This document shows, one piece after another, positions 16,576 through 25,292 of a DNA stretch of 32,000 nt. Numbering within the stretch: the first letter of the stretch is position 1; every line of letters begins with the position of its first letter. The notes under the pieces are model-generated. The model did not search any database and had not been told where the DNA came from. It was given only the letters and a program-made list of their open reading frames with translations. This DNA is from Promethearchaeum syntrophicum (lineage in GTDB: Archaea; Asgardarchaeota; Lokiarchaeia; Sigyniarchaeales; Promethearchaeaceae): NCBI RefSeq assembly GCF_008000775.2, contig NZ_CP042905.2, positions 1,290,001 to 1,322,000 on the forward strand. The letters are read 5' to 3'. Both the position numbers and the translations under genes were made by a program.

Positions 16576-17748
16576 ATGATTATGCTGGATGAAAAATACG
16601 TTTATGTTCCCTTTGAATCACTTTGGGAGTTTGAAAAAGATGCTTTCATATCAATGGGTGTTCCTGATGATGAAGCTAAAATTTGTGCAGATGTGCTATT
16701 TGAAGCAGATAAGAGAGGAATAGATAGCCACGGTGTTGGTCGATTGTTTATGTACTATGCTAGAATCAGGAGAAAACAGCAAAAAACAACAACAAAAATA
16801 ACTATTGAAAGAGAAAAAGAAGGTATTGCACGTCTTTCTGCTGATAATGGGATGGGGCAAGTCGTAAGTCATAAAGCTATGCAGATGGCCATTGATAAAG
16901 CAAAAAAATGCGGAATTGGGATGGTGACTGTTGGAGAATCAAACCATTATGGAATTGCTGGTTATTTCTCATTAATGGCATCTACCCAGGGATGTATTGG
17001 GATAAATGGAACTAATGCACGACCTTCAATTGCTCCAACTTGGGGTGTTGAACCTATGTTAGGGACAAATCCTCTAACGATAGCTTTACCTACTGATTGG
17101 GATTTCGATTGGTTTGTAGATCACGCCACATCTATAACTCAAAGAGGAAAAATTGAATGGTATGCAAGACTTAATAAACCCGTTCCAAAAGGATGGGTGA
17201 TTAATGCTTCGGGCGAAAATCCCACAGATTCAAAGATAATATTAAAGGACATGCTTGCTAAAAAAGCCGCTCTTGCTCCATTAGGTGGAAGTGGTGAAGA
17301 ATTAGGAGGTTATAAAGGATATAATTATGCAACATTCGTTGAAATTCTTTCTACAGCCCTTAGTTCAGCAAATTTTCTACAACATTGTCTTGGGTTCCAT
17401 ATGGATGGTGATAAGCAAGTATTTGATCCATATCGGCTTGGACATTTCTTCATTGCTATAGATATTGAGGCATTTACCGATTTGGATAAGTTTAAAAAAA
17501 TAACCGGAGATATTTTTAGGGAAATTGCAAATTCAAAGAAACAACCTGGAGCAGATCATATTTTTATTGCAGGAGAAAAGGAGTATGTAATAGAATTGGA
17601 AAGGAGTAAAAATGGAGTTCCAATATCTGAAGCAACTCAACTTCAAATGCAACAAATGATTGCAGAATTGAAAATGGATGAATCAAAATATGATATTAAG
17701 TGGACCACTAAGTATGATGCTGACGCTGTCGATTCCCAAGGCTGGTAA
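16576..17748 (+). CDS. Ldh2-family (malate / L-lactate / sulfolactate type) 2-hydroxyacid dehydrogenase
   Basis: DSHGVGRL, NHYGIAGYF and GTNPL motifs characteristic of the Ldh_2 family. Length is 390 aa. Confidence 0.85.
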   Translation: MIMLDEKYVYVPFESLWEFEKDAFISMGVPDDEAKICADVLFEADKRGIDSHGVGRLFMYYARIRRKQQKTTTKITIEREKEGIARLSADNGMGQVVSHKAMQMAIDKAKKCGIGMVTVGESNHYGIAGYFSLMASTQGCIGINGTNARPSIAPTWGVEPMLGTNPLTIALPTDWDFDWFVDHATSITQRGKIEWYARLNKPVPKGWVINASGENPTDSKIILKDMLAKKAALAPLGGSGEELGGYKGYNYATFVEILSTALSSANFLQHCLGFHMDGDKQVFDPYRLGHFFIAIDIEAFTDLDKFKKITGDIFREIANSKKQPGADHIFIAGEKEYVIELERSKNGVPISEATQLQMQQMIAELKMDESKYDIKWTTKYDADAVDSQGW

Positions 17749-17752
17749 TCTC

Positions 17753-17760
17753 TTTTTTTT
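17753..17760 (+). terminator. Oligo-T tract (T8) 5 nt after the Ldh2 stop, overlapping the LarA stop codon on the opposite strand
   Basis: TAA at 17746-17748 is followed by TCTCTTTTTTTT. The convergent genes are only 10 nt apart. Confidence 0.35.
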
Positions 17761-18973
17761 ATTTCACAAGATAACCTACAGACATTCCGCCCATTTCATC
17801 AATAAGAATTGTGTGGTTTTTTTCTTTCCAATTTTTTATTTTTGTAAATAGTTGGTTAAAAGTAATTTTTTCCAAAAAAGCATTTGAAGCTTCACGAACT
17901 GAAATATCTCCAATATAAAACAAACGAGCACGATTTGCAAGTTCTGCCCAATAGAAAGCTTTATGATCTCCGAATTTATAATTTTCGTAAGATAACGAAG
18001 AAATTATATTCTCAGGTGTTTGTAAATTCTTCATCCTTAGGAAAAATTTGGGATTTCCAATACCCCGATCACATTTAGCTATCAAAGTAAAGGTTCCATT
18101 ATCCTTAAGTACATTTTTAGTGTTTTCCATAGCTTTTTGAGCTTGATAGAGTGTATTATTTAAAGGATTAGCCACGAAAGATATTATATGATCAACTTTC
18201 TTTTTCAAGGTTGTTCCATAGATCTTAAATGATTGATTTTTGGCCTGGTTAAAAGCATTTTGTAAAGTTCCTACACTCATATGAAAAATTGCTTCGTCAT
18301 GATTAACAACTTGAATAGATTGGATTTTCTGTAAAGATTTAAGTAAAGAGCCTCCTTCCCACAAGTCTCTATAAAGAGGATTACTATCTGTTTTTAAAAT
18401 ACAAGATTCCGGTTTTAATGCTAAACTATGATTTTTCTCAATAGTTTTTCTTGAGGCTAGCCCGGGAATGATAGATTTTATACCACCAGTAAATCCCGCA
18501 AAATAATGGGGTTCAACACTATTTATTGTAATAATATCATCTGATTCCAATAATAACTTATTAATCGACACCTTGGTTCCATATTCGGTTTCTCCTAAAG
18601 CTATAAGTTTTTCATCATCATCACAATCATGAATTAATACTTCATCACCGCTTTTTGCTCCAGTAAATTGAATAGGGTCAATATTGGTTAGAAACTTATG
18701 TGATCCCGTTGCAATTATAAATTTTGCAGATTTTATCAAAATTCCAGCGTTTCTTAATAGATTTACAATTTTTGGTGTTGGCGTCGAACGATCAAGATCA
18801 TTAACAACAATCAGCGAATTAGTTTGAAGTGGTTTTAATTTTTGTAATATGGATATAAGTTCAATATCCGGAATTTGTTTTCCAAATTTTGGCCTGATTA
18901 TTTTAATTCTAGGAGAATTTTTCAGGTCTAATCGCTTGTAAAAAGATTGAACTGACAATTCTTTCTCTGACAT
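17759..18973 (-). CDS. larA: LarA-family nickel-pincer-dependent 2-hydroxyacid racemase/epimerase (DUF2088)
   Basis: VVNDLDRSTPTP near the N-terminus and the hallmark PHYFAGFTGGIKSIIPG, which contains the Lys that tethers the nickel-pincer nucleotide (NPN) cofactor in characterised LarA. Length is 404 aa. Confidence 0.85.
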   Translation of the reverse strand: MSEKELSVQSFYKRLDLKNSPRIKIIRPKFGKQIPDIELISILQKLKPLQTNSLIVVNDLDRSTPTPKIVNLLRNAGILIKSAKFIIATGSHKFLTNIDPIQFTGAKSGDEVLIHDCDDDEKLIALGETEYGTKVSINKLLLESDDIITINSVEPHYFAGFTGGIKSIIPGLASRKTIEKNHSLALKPESCILKTDSNPLYRDLWEGGSLLKSLQKIQSIQVVNHDEAIFHMSVGTLQNAFNQAKNQSFKIYGTTLKKKVDHIISFVANPLNNTLYQAQKAMENTKNVLKDNGTFTLIAKCDRGIGNPKFFLRMKNLQTPENIISSLSYENYKFGDHKAFYWAELANRARLFYIGDISVREASNAFLEKITFNQLFTKIKNWKEKNHTILIDEMGGMSVGYLVK

Positions 18974-19003
18974 AAATATATCTATAACCTCATTTCCAAA
19001 TTA

Positions 19004-19018
19004 AGGACTTAAAGTCCT
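19004..19018. promoter_or_regulatory. Perfect 15-bp palindrome AGGACTTAAAGTCCT in the divergent larA / membrane-protein promoter region
   Basis: 7-bp arms AGGACTT / AAGTCCT around a central A, GC-richer than the surroundings. It lies 6 nt upstream of a TATA-like TTTATATA (19025-19032), which sits ~25 nt before ATG 19054. Confidence 0.35.
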
Positions 19019-19053
19019 CACTTATTTATATATGCTAACTCAATTAATTAGTT

Positions 19054-19950
19054 ATGTCATTACCTCATGTCATAGAAACAACCCATTCTGATGGTATCAA
19101 TCAATTATTAAAGATTTCTCAACAACGGATTATTCATCAGGTCGCCAAAAAAAAGCAATTAATTCGAGCCCAACTATTTATCGTTGTAATGCTTGGCATT
19201 GCCATAACCCTCCATTTAATTCCTTTCTTATTTATTGACAGAACTCCCCGAATTTTTGCTACAGGAATTATCATTATTATTGGATTCAACAACAATATTT
19301 CTATTCAATTGATCCGAAAGAAGAAATTAATTAACGAAACTCAACAATTTTTAAAAAAAATTAAAGATAGTAAAAAATTGAACCGAAATGGTGTCTTTTT
19401 CCCTCTCATAAGTAATTATTTACATAATCTATATAATCTCTTATTTTATGGCAAGAAAAAGAATAAACTCCCCGAATCTTTCTTTCTATCCACAACACAA
19501 GAATATGACCCGGAAATCGAAGAAGGATTAATTAAATCATTAAATAATGATATTTTTATAAACTTAAGTATCGGATTTGTCTATATCCTTGCAGCTGTCT
19601 TAGCTGGGGTGTTTATGCCTGAAAGAATTCAAATACCATTTTATTTGGGTAGTCTTATTATTCTCATAAGCTTATTTATTGGGTTATGGATTATATGTCT
19701 CAAGCTACGCCACCATCTCTCATCGTGGATCCGTGGATTTATGGATCTTCAAATCTGGGTCAAAATGATTGAAAATTTACCTATAAAATCCGAAAAATCC
19801 GATTTACAGAATCCTGTAGCTTATCCCACAAATGAAACTGCCTTAAGTGATACTAAGATAGCAAGAAATGTGCTGTTTTGTCCTTTTTGCGGGGAAGCAG
19901 ATCAACTTCAAGATAAGTTTTGCCAGAATTGCGGAAAATTAATTGAATAA
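19054..19950 (+). CDS. Multi-pass membrane protein with a C-terminal cytoplasmic zinc ribbon
   Basis: At least four hydrophobic helices (FIVVMLGIAITLHLIPFLFI, IFATGIIIIIGF, IGFVYILAAVLAGVF, LGSLIILISLFIGLWIICL). C-terminal CPFCG...(11 aa)...CQNCG. Confidence 0.6.
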   Translation: MSLPHVIETTHSDGINQLLKISQQRIIHQVAKKKQLIRAQLFIVVMLGIAITLHLIPFLFIDRTPRIFATGIIIIIGFNNNISIQLIRKKKLINETQQFLKKIKDSKKLNRNGVFFPLISNYLHNLYNLLFYGKKKNKLPESFFLSTTQEYDPEIEEGLIKSLNNDIFINLSIGFVYILAAVLAGVFMPERIQIPFYLGSLIILISLFIGLWIICLKLRHHLSSWIRGFMDLQIWVKMIENLPIKSEKSDLQNPVAYPTNETALSDTKIARNVLFCPFCGEADQLQDKFCQNCGKLIE

Positions 19951-19954
19951 ATGA

Positions 19955-20233
19955 TTGGGTGAAAATTTGTTGACTCGACGAACAAAATATGAAATTTGGG
20001 TAGCTATTTTGGAAGTTTGTTTAAACTCTCCAAAACATCAAAGTGGGATCTTACGAGAATTGAGTTTGAAAACCAATCATGCAAAACAGGAGATTGAATA
20101 TCTCCTCCACCGCAATCTTTTGAATGAAATTCTTAACAAGGATGATAAGTGGTCATCATATCAAACCAGTCTTAAAGGAAAAAAAGCTTTAAATCATTTT
20201 TACAGACTTATTACAAATTTTTTCAAACCATAA
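19955..20233 (+). CDS. Small winged-helix (wHTH) DNA-binding protein
   Basis: RRTKYEIWVAILEVCLNSPKHQSGILRELSLKTNHAKQEIEYLLHRNLL...YQTSLKGKKAL fits the archaeal wHTH regulator pattern. TTG start 4 nt after the upstream stop, so probably co-transcribed. Confidence 0.5.
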   Translation: MGENLLTRRTKYEIWVAILEVCLNSPKHQSGILRELSLKTNHAKQEIEYLLHRNLLNEILNKDDKWSSYQTSLKGKKALNHFYRLITNFFKP

Positions 20234-20255
20234 CTTTTTTCTCATTTATTTTTAG

Positions 20256-20264
20256 AAAAAAAAA
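20256..20264 (-). terminator. Oligo-T tract (T9 on the minus strand) directly after the transporter stop codon
   Basis: A9 on the plus strand at 20256-20264 abuts the minus-strand stop at 20265-20267. Confidence 0.4.
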
Positions 20265-21647
20265 TTAGAGATTTCTGTTTTCTTCTGTTACTATTATATT
20301 TCCAGCATTTTTCGGGATAAAAAGTAGAGGTATAATTGCAAAAATCGAAACTATTGCAGCAATTAGTAAACTTTCCCATGTTGGTATTATGCCTTGTTTA
20401 CCATCGATTATGGCTGGAGTTCCTAATTGCTCAATTATAAATGATCCGATTGGTGCTCCTATCATCATAGGTATAGCAACAAAAAAAATTAAACGGACAC
20501 CTTGATATTTCCCGATTTCAGCCTTTGGGGTTTGATCTTGGATCCAAGACATAAGAAATATACCTATCCCAGTATCGACACTTATTTGAATGGCATAAAA
20601 AGCAATTACTACCCACATATTTCTAAAAAGACTTAATATTGCTAAATTAACAGCTGAAAGAATTAAAAGTACCATAAGTGCAGATTTTCGGTTAAATTTA
20701 TGACTAATCATTCCAATTATTATTGCAACCATTGTTCCAGATAAGATTATTATCGCTCCCGCCACACTAATCATAGTTTTTGAAAATTTTAGGTTATGTT
20801 CTAAGTAAATAAATAAATAGGGAAAATATATTTGCATTCCAATCCCAGAAATTGCCATAAACAAGAATAATAGGTATAAAATTTTATTTTTTTTTATTGT
20901 ACTTGGCTTAAATGCTTGAGCGATATCAATTAACACAGATTTCTTCTCTTTTGATTGCTCATCCTCTGATAATGGAGGCTCTTTTAAAATTAATCCTGCA
21001 ATTCCTCCTAAAATAGTAACGGATCCTCCTAAAATATAGAAAAACACAAAATATCCAAAATTTTCTATTATAATTCCTGCTACTCCTAAAGCAACTAAAT
21101 TTGCCAGTAAGGTCGATGCAGAAAGTATCCCTTGAACGCGACCCCTGTTTGTAGAATCACTAATATCGGTGGACCATGCATTGAATGCAGCATCATTTGC
21201 AGTCGAACCGAAAAATGTCATTACAGAATCTAAAATTACTACTAACACTATTGCTATTCCTATATTTTCTAAAAGTGCAGGTTCTGGAAAAATAATCGTA
21301 ATAATACCCCATAAAACGTACCCAAAAAGAATATAGGGTCGACGACGCCCAAAACGGCTTTTTGTTCGATCACTTAAACTTCCCATTAATAATGTCGTTA
21401 TCGTAGCAGTTAATGCGCTTAAAACAACCATCCAGGCCACAGGTGCTGGGTTTGGAGTTAACTCATCATACACGAATGTATTAAACCAAGTATTCTCAAC
21501 AGCCCAAGCAATTTGACCAGATAATCCTAAAATCCATAGTACTAGGGTTGTCCTAATTCCTAGTTTTTTAACTTGAACTACGTTTTTTTCTTGAGGATTT
21601 TCCTCAAATGTTTCTATTTCTTCTCTGGTTTTTCTCATTTTTTTCAT
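20265..21647 (-). CDS. MFS-type glycoside-pentoside-hexuronide (GPH) family sugar:cation symporter
   Basis: About 12 hydrophobic helices and the GPH signature LSDRTKSRFGRRRPYILFG after TM2. Confidence 0.85.
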   Translation of the reverse strand: MKKMRKTREEIETFEENPQEKNVVQVKKLGIRTTLVLWILGLSGQIAWAVENTWFNTFVYDELTPNPAPVAWMVVLSALTATITTLLMGSLSDRTKSRFGRRRPYILFGYVLWGIITIIFPEPALLENIGIAIVLVVILDSVMTFFGSTANDAAFNAWSTDISDSTNRGRVQGILSASTLLANLVALGVAGIIIENFGYFVFFYILGGSVTILGGIAGLILKEPPLSEDEQSKEKKSVLIDIAQAFKPSTIKKNKILYLLFLFMAISGIGMQIYFPYLFIYLEHNLKFSKTMISVAGAIIILSGTMVAIIIGMISHKFNRKSALMVLLILSAVNLAILSLFRNMWVVIAFYAIQISVDTGIGIFLMSWIQDQTPKAEIGKYQGVRLIFFVAIPMMIGAPIGSFIIEQLGTPAIIDGKQGIIPTWESLLIAAIVSIFAIIPLLFIPKNAGNIIVTEENRNL

Positions 21648-21683
21648 CTTTTCTCATTTTTAGGTGTTATAAAAAAAATTTGA

Positions 21684-23561
21684 TCAATTTTCAGCTTCAT
21701 ATAAGGTTTTATGAAGATTTTTTAGCCATTCTGGCTCTAATTTTATGATTTTACGGTCATATGAGATCAGTCCATTAATTTCTTGTTCTACATCGGTAGT
21801 TTGTGTGTAAATGGCAGCACTCAATCCTTTTTTGATTAGTGGCTTCAAATTTTTTATTAGTTGTGAATATTTTGTTTCCAGTTCCAATTTCGATTTTAAA
21901 TTACGATATCCCCATTTTTTAAGTTTGGTTTTCCAAATATGATTGTGAATTTCAAAACCGAAACCACCAAACTCACTTAATCCCAATCCTCTTTCTGATT
22001 TTGATTTTATTTTTGGAATAGCTGGTCCAGGATATCGATGAATCGTATGAAGATCTCCACATCCATAATCTGTCCACCCGCTAGCGCTATCTATTAATCT
22101 GGATTCATCGATCGATCTTAAATAATTAGTCACTTTTTTTGTATGAAATTGTCCCCAACCTTCATTAAAAGGAACCCATACAACAATACATGCGAAATTG
22201 AATAAATTTGAAACAGTTTGCTCTAATTCATAGTAGAAATTTTGTTGAATTTTTTTCTTCTTTCGACCTGTCCACCAAGATTTCTTTAAAAACATCGCTA
22301 TAAACATCTGGATGCCCCAGTTCCAATTGCCGTAAACCCCTCCAGAAGGAATATCTTGCCAAACTAATAATCCAAGTTTATCACAATGATAATACCATCG
22401 CGCAGGTTCGATTTTGATATGCTTTCGCACCATATTAAAACCCATCGCTTTGGTTTTTTCTAAATCCCATTTCAATGCTTGATCATTTGGTGCAGTATAT
22501 AATCCATCAGGCCACCAACCTTGATCTAATAAACCATACTGGAAAAAAAACTTATTATTTAATTCAATTCGCGGAATTCCTTGACTCCCTCTCTTAATTG
22601 CTATTTTTCGCATTCCAAAATATGATTTAACTTCGTCAATGATATCTTCAAACCCATTTCCATCTTTTAACAAGGTTATCTTTAAATCATATAAAAATGG
22701 AGAAGAGGGGGACCAAAGTTTCGGATTTTTAACTGGAACTGAAAATTTTTGCTTTAAATCATCCATTTTTATTTTTTTTGAAGAAATTTGGGTTCCATCT
22801 TCAGAAATCTCAATGATTATTGAAAAATCGGATAGTTCTTCATTAGGTTTTGAAAAATTGACTTCTAAATCTATCTCTTCAAGATCTATATCCGTTTTTA
22901 GCTGAAAATCGTAAATATATGGATCTGAAACCATTTCTAACCATATTGTTTGCCAAATTCCACTCATTGCAGTATAGAAAACTGTGTGGGGTTTTAGCTT
23001 CTGCTTTCCCCTCTCCTGATGGCCTTTGTCACTTGGATCCCAAACTCTAATAGTTAAATCATGGAGATTTTGAGTATTTTCTTTCTGATTGGTTTTTAAA
23101 TAAGGTGTTATATCTACTGAAAATGGAACATCGCCACCTTCATGAAAGAAAACTTCTCGGTCATCTACCCAAACCTTTGTTTGCCAATCGACTCCTCCAA
23201 AATGTAAGAGAATCCGATGGTGGTTTAAGTTTTCTTCCCAGTTTTTTGGAAGAGAAAAAGTCCTATGATACCAAAGATATTGGTGTGGAAACAACTTTTG
23301 TTTTACTCCTGATAAAGCTGATTCTACAGGGAATGGAACAAGAATTTTTCCTTCCCATTCTTTTATTTCTTCTTTAGGAATATTTTTATCAGCAATTACA
23401 TAATTCCAAAGACCATTTAGATTTTTCCATTCTGCCCTTGTCATTTGTGGGCGTGGGTATTCCGGAAAAGGTGCTTCTGAAGTCACTTGTAATGTCCAGG
23501 GTGTGAAAAGATCTCCTCCGATAGGAGTCCATTTATTTGATTTAGAAGGTTGAATTTCCAT
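21684..23561 (-). CDS. Glycoside hydrolase family 2 (beta-galactosidase / beta-glucuronidase / beta-mannosidase-type)
   Basis: N-terminal sugar-binding beta-sandwich (WKNLNGLWNY, GGVDWQTKVWVDDREV). TIM-barrel motifs GFNMVRKHIKIEP..WYYHCDKLGLLVWQD and VWVPFNEGWG. Confidence 0.85.
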   Translation of the reverse strand: MEIQPSKSNKWTPIGGDLFTPWTLQVTSEAPFPEYPRPQMTRAEWKNLNGLWNYVIADKNIPKEEIKEWEGKILVPFPVESALSGVKQKLFPHQYLWYHRTFSLPKNWEENLNHHRILLHFGGVDWQTKVWVDDREVFFHEGGDVPFSVDITPYLKTNQKENTQNLHDLTIRVWDPSDKGHQERGKQKLKPHTVFYTAMSGIWQTIWLEMVSDPYIYDFQLKTDIDLEEIDLEVNFSKPNEELSDFSIIIEISEDGTQISSKKIKMDDLKQKFSVPVKNPKLWSPSSPFLYDLKITLLKDGNGFEDIIDEVKSYFGMRKIAIKRGSQGIPRIELNNKFFFQYGLLDQGWWPDGLYTAPNDQALKWDLEKTKAMGFNMVRKHIKIEPARWYYHCDKLGLLVWQDIPSGGVYGNWNWGIQMFIAMFLKKSWWTGRKKKKIQQNFYYELEQTVSNLFNFACIVVWVPFNEGWGQFHTKKVTNYLRSIDESRLIDSASGWTDYGCGDLHTIHRYPGPAIPKIKSKSERGLGLSEFGGFGFEIHNHIWKTKLKKWGYRNLKSKLELETKYSQLIKNLKPLIKKGLSAAIYTQTTDVEQEINGLISYDRKIIKLEPEWLKNLHKTLYEAEN

Positions 23562-23651
23562 GGTTATTTAATCCAAAATTGAATTATGAAATTTAATTGT
23601 CTATCTTAAGATACGAATTTAATTTAAGGTCATTTTTTTTATTCTACTTTA

Positions 23652-25211
23652 ATGAGTTTTTTTTTTGATAAAGATACAATCACGGCTGAAGATGTCTCTC
23701 AATTGGATGCGAACAGTGCGAGTTTAGGCATACCAAATGGGTACTTGATGGAGTGTGCTGGTTTACAAGCGACAAACAAAATATACGAACATTATAAACT
23801 GAATTCGAGTTCTTCTGTTGTTATTATGTGCGGTATTGGAAATAATGGAGGGGATGGATTATGTATTGCACGACATTTGGCCACTCGAGGTATTTCTGTA
23901 TTTGTTATACTTTTGGGAGATTCCATTCATATACGCACCCAAGAATCTAGATTAAATTGGGAATTAGTGAACACTCTCACTTTAAAAATTCGCTCATATT
24001 CTATTAAAAATATCAAACAACTTAAAACTCTCTGCAAATCAGAATTTTTTATGAATGCAGATATAATTATTGATGCGTTGCTAGGAACCGGTGTTACTGG
24101 AAAGATCAGAGAACCTATTTCAACTGCAATAGATATGATAAATCAAAGCAACCTACCAAAAATTTCGATTGACGTGCCTTCTGGTATGAATCCAGATACT
24201 GGACAAATCACCGAAAAATCTGTGAATTGTGATTTTTGTATTACTTTCCATGCTAAGAAGAAGGGATTCGCCAATATTAAAACCTGGGTGGCTCCAATTG
24301 GGATTCCATTAGAAGCCAGTCTTTTTATTGGGGATGGTGATCTTCGTTCAGCTATAAAAAAACGCGATAAAGATTTTCATAAAGGTCAATATGGAAAATT
24401 ATTGGTGATTGGGGGGTCATCTTCGTATTCAGGAGCCCCATCACTTGCTGCAATGTCCGCGCTTGAATTAGGGATTGATTTATGCATTTGTTTTGTACCT
24501 AAAGGGATCGGGAATGTAGTAAGAAGTTTTTCTCCTAATTTAATTGTACAAGAAGGAGTTGCAGAAAATTTTTCTAATTCAGATTTTTTACAAGCAAAAA
24601 AATTGAGCAATTGGGCTGATGCAGTTTTAATTGGACCTGGTTTGGGAAAAGATCCTAAAACTGTTGAATTTTTCGAAAAATATATCCTATGGATTCTCGG
24701 GAAAAAAATTCCATGTGTTGTTGATGCAGATGGAATTAAAATGCTAGGAAAATTATTCAAAGAGAGCAAAATTGCAAGATTAACTTCCTCGATAGTAATA
24801 ACACCACATATGGAGGAACTTAAATCCATCGTTCGATTTAAAAATCTTCCAAAATTCGATGAAATTGAAAAACGCACAAAAAAGCTAATATCGATCTTGG
24901 AAAAAATTGGAGGGGTAATTTTAGTAAAAGGAGTCTATGATTATGTTATTAAAATATCAAAAAAGAGAAGTATTTGTAGAGTTAATCGCAGTGGATGCCC
25001 TGAAATGGCTGTTGGTGGTACCGGTGATGTTTTAGCTGGATTAACATCCGCTTTTCTCTCCATCGGAAACTCCCCATTTAATAGTGCATGTGCAGCTGTA
25101 TATTTAAATGGGTTACTGGGTGAATCAGCCAAAAAATCGTATGGACCAAGGATACATGCAACAGATATGATTAAAAACTTAAAATCGTTTTTGTTATTTA
25201 AAAAATTTTAG
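23652..25211 (+). CDS. nnr: Bifunctional NAD(P)H-hydrate repair enzyme (YjeF-N epimerase plus ADP-dependent dehydratase)
   Basis: N-terminal domain GIGNNGGDG. C-terminal domain HKGQYGKLLVIGGSSSYSGAPSLAA and GGTGDVLAG. Confidence 0.9.
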   Translation: MSFFFDKDTITAEDVSQLDANSASLGIPNGYLMECAGLQATNKIYEHYKLNSSSSVVIMCGIGNNGGDGLCIARHLATRGISVFVILLGDSIHIRTQESRLNWELVNTLTLKIRSYSIKNIKQLKTLCKSEFFMNADIIIDALLGTGVTGKIREPISTAIDMINQSNLPKISIDVPSGMNPDTGQITEKSVNCDFCITFHAKKKGFANIKTWVAPIGIPLEASLFIGDGDLRSAIKKRDKDFHKGQYGKLLVIGGSSSYSGAPSLAAMSALELGIDLCICFVPKGIGNVVRSFSPNLIVQEGVAENFSNSDFLQAKKLSNWADAVLIGPGLGKDPKTVEFFEKYILWILGKKIPCVVDADGIKMLGKLFKESKIARLTSSIVITPHMEELKSIVRFKNLPKFDEIEKRTKKLISILEKIGGVILVKGVYDYVIKISKKRSICRVNRSGCPEMAVGGTGDVLAGLTSAFLSIGNSPFNSACAAVYLNGLLGESAKKSYGPRIHATDMIKNLKSFLLFKKF

Positions 25212-25231
25212 CGAAAATTTTTAGCGAAAAT
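25206..25231. repeat. Perfect 13-bp tandem duplication (TTTTAGCGAAAAT x2) spanning the nnr stop codon
   Basis: Read directly: TTTTAGCGAAAAT at 25206-25218 and again at 25219-25231. The TAG at 25209-25211 is the nnr stop. Confidence 0.9.
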
Positions 25232-25292
25232 ATTGCTAATTTAATTATAATTTACATTTACAAAATATTTAAGCGGAGTGCGAAAAAAAAAA

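Noticed and set aside
24386-25132. Minus-strand ORFs 24386-24877 and 24941-25132
   Set aside because: They are antisense to nnr, whose two-domain motif set is unambiguous. They are shadow ORFs.
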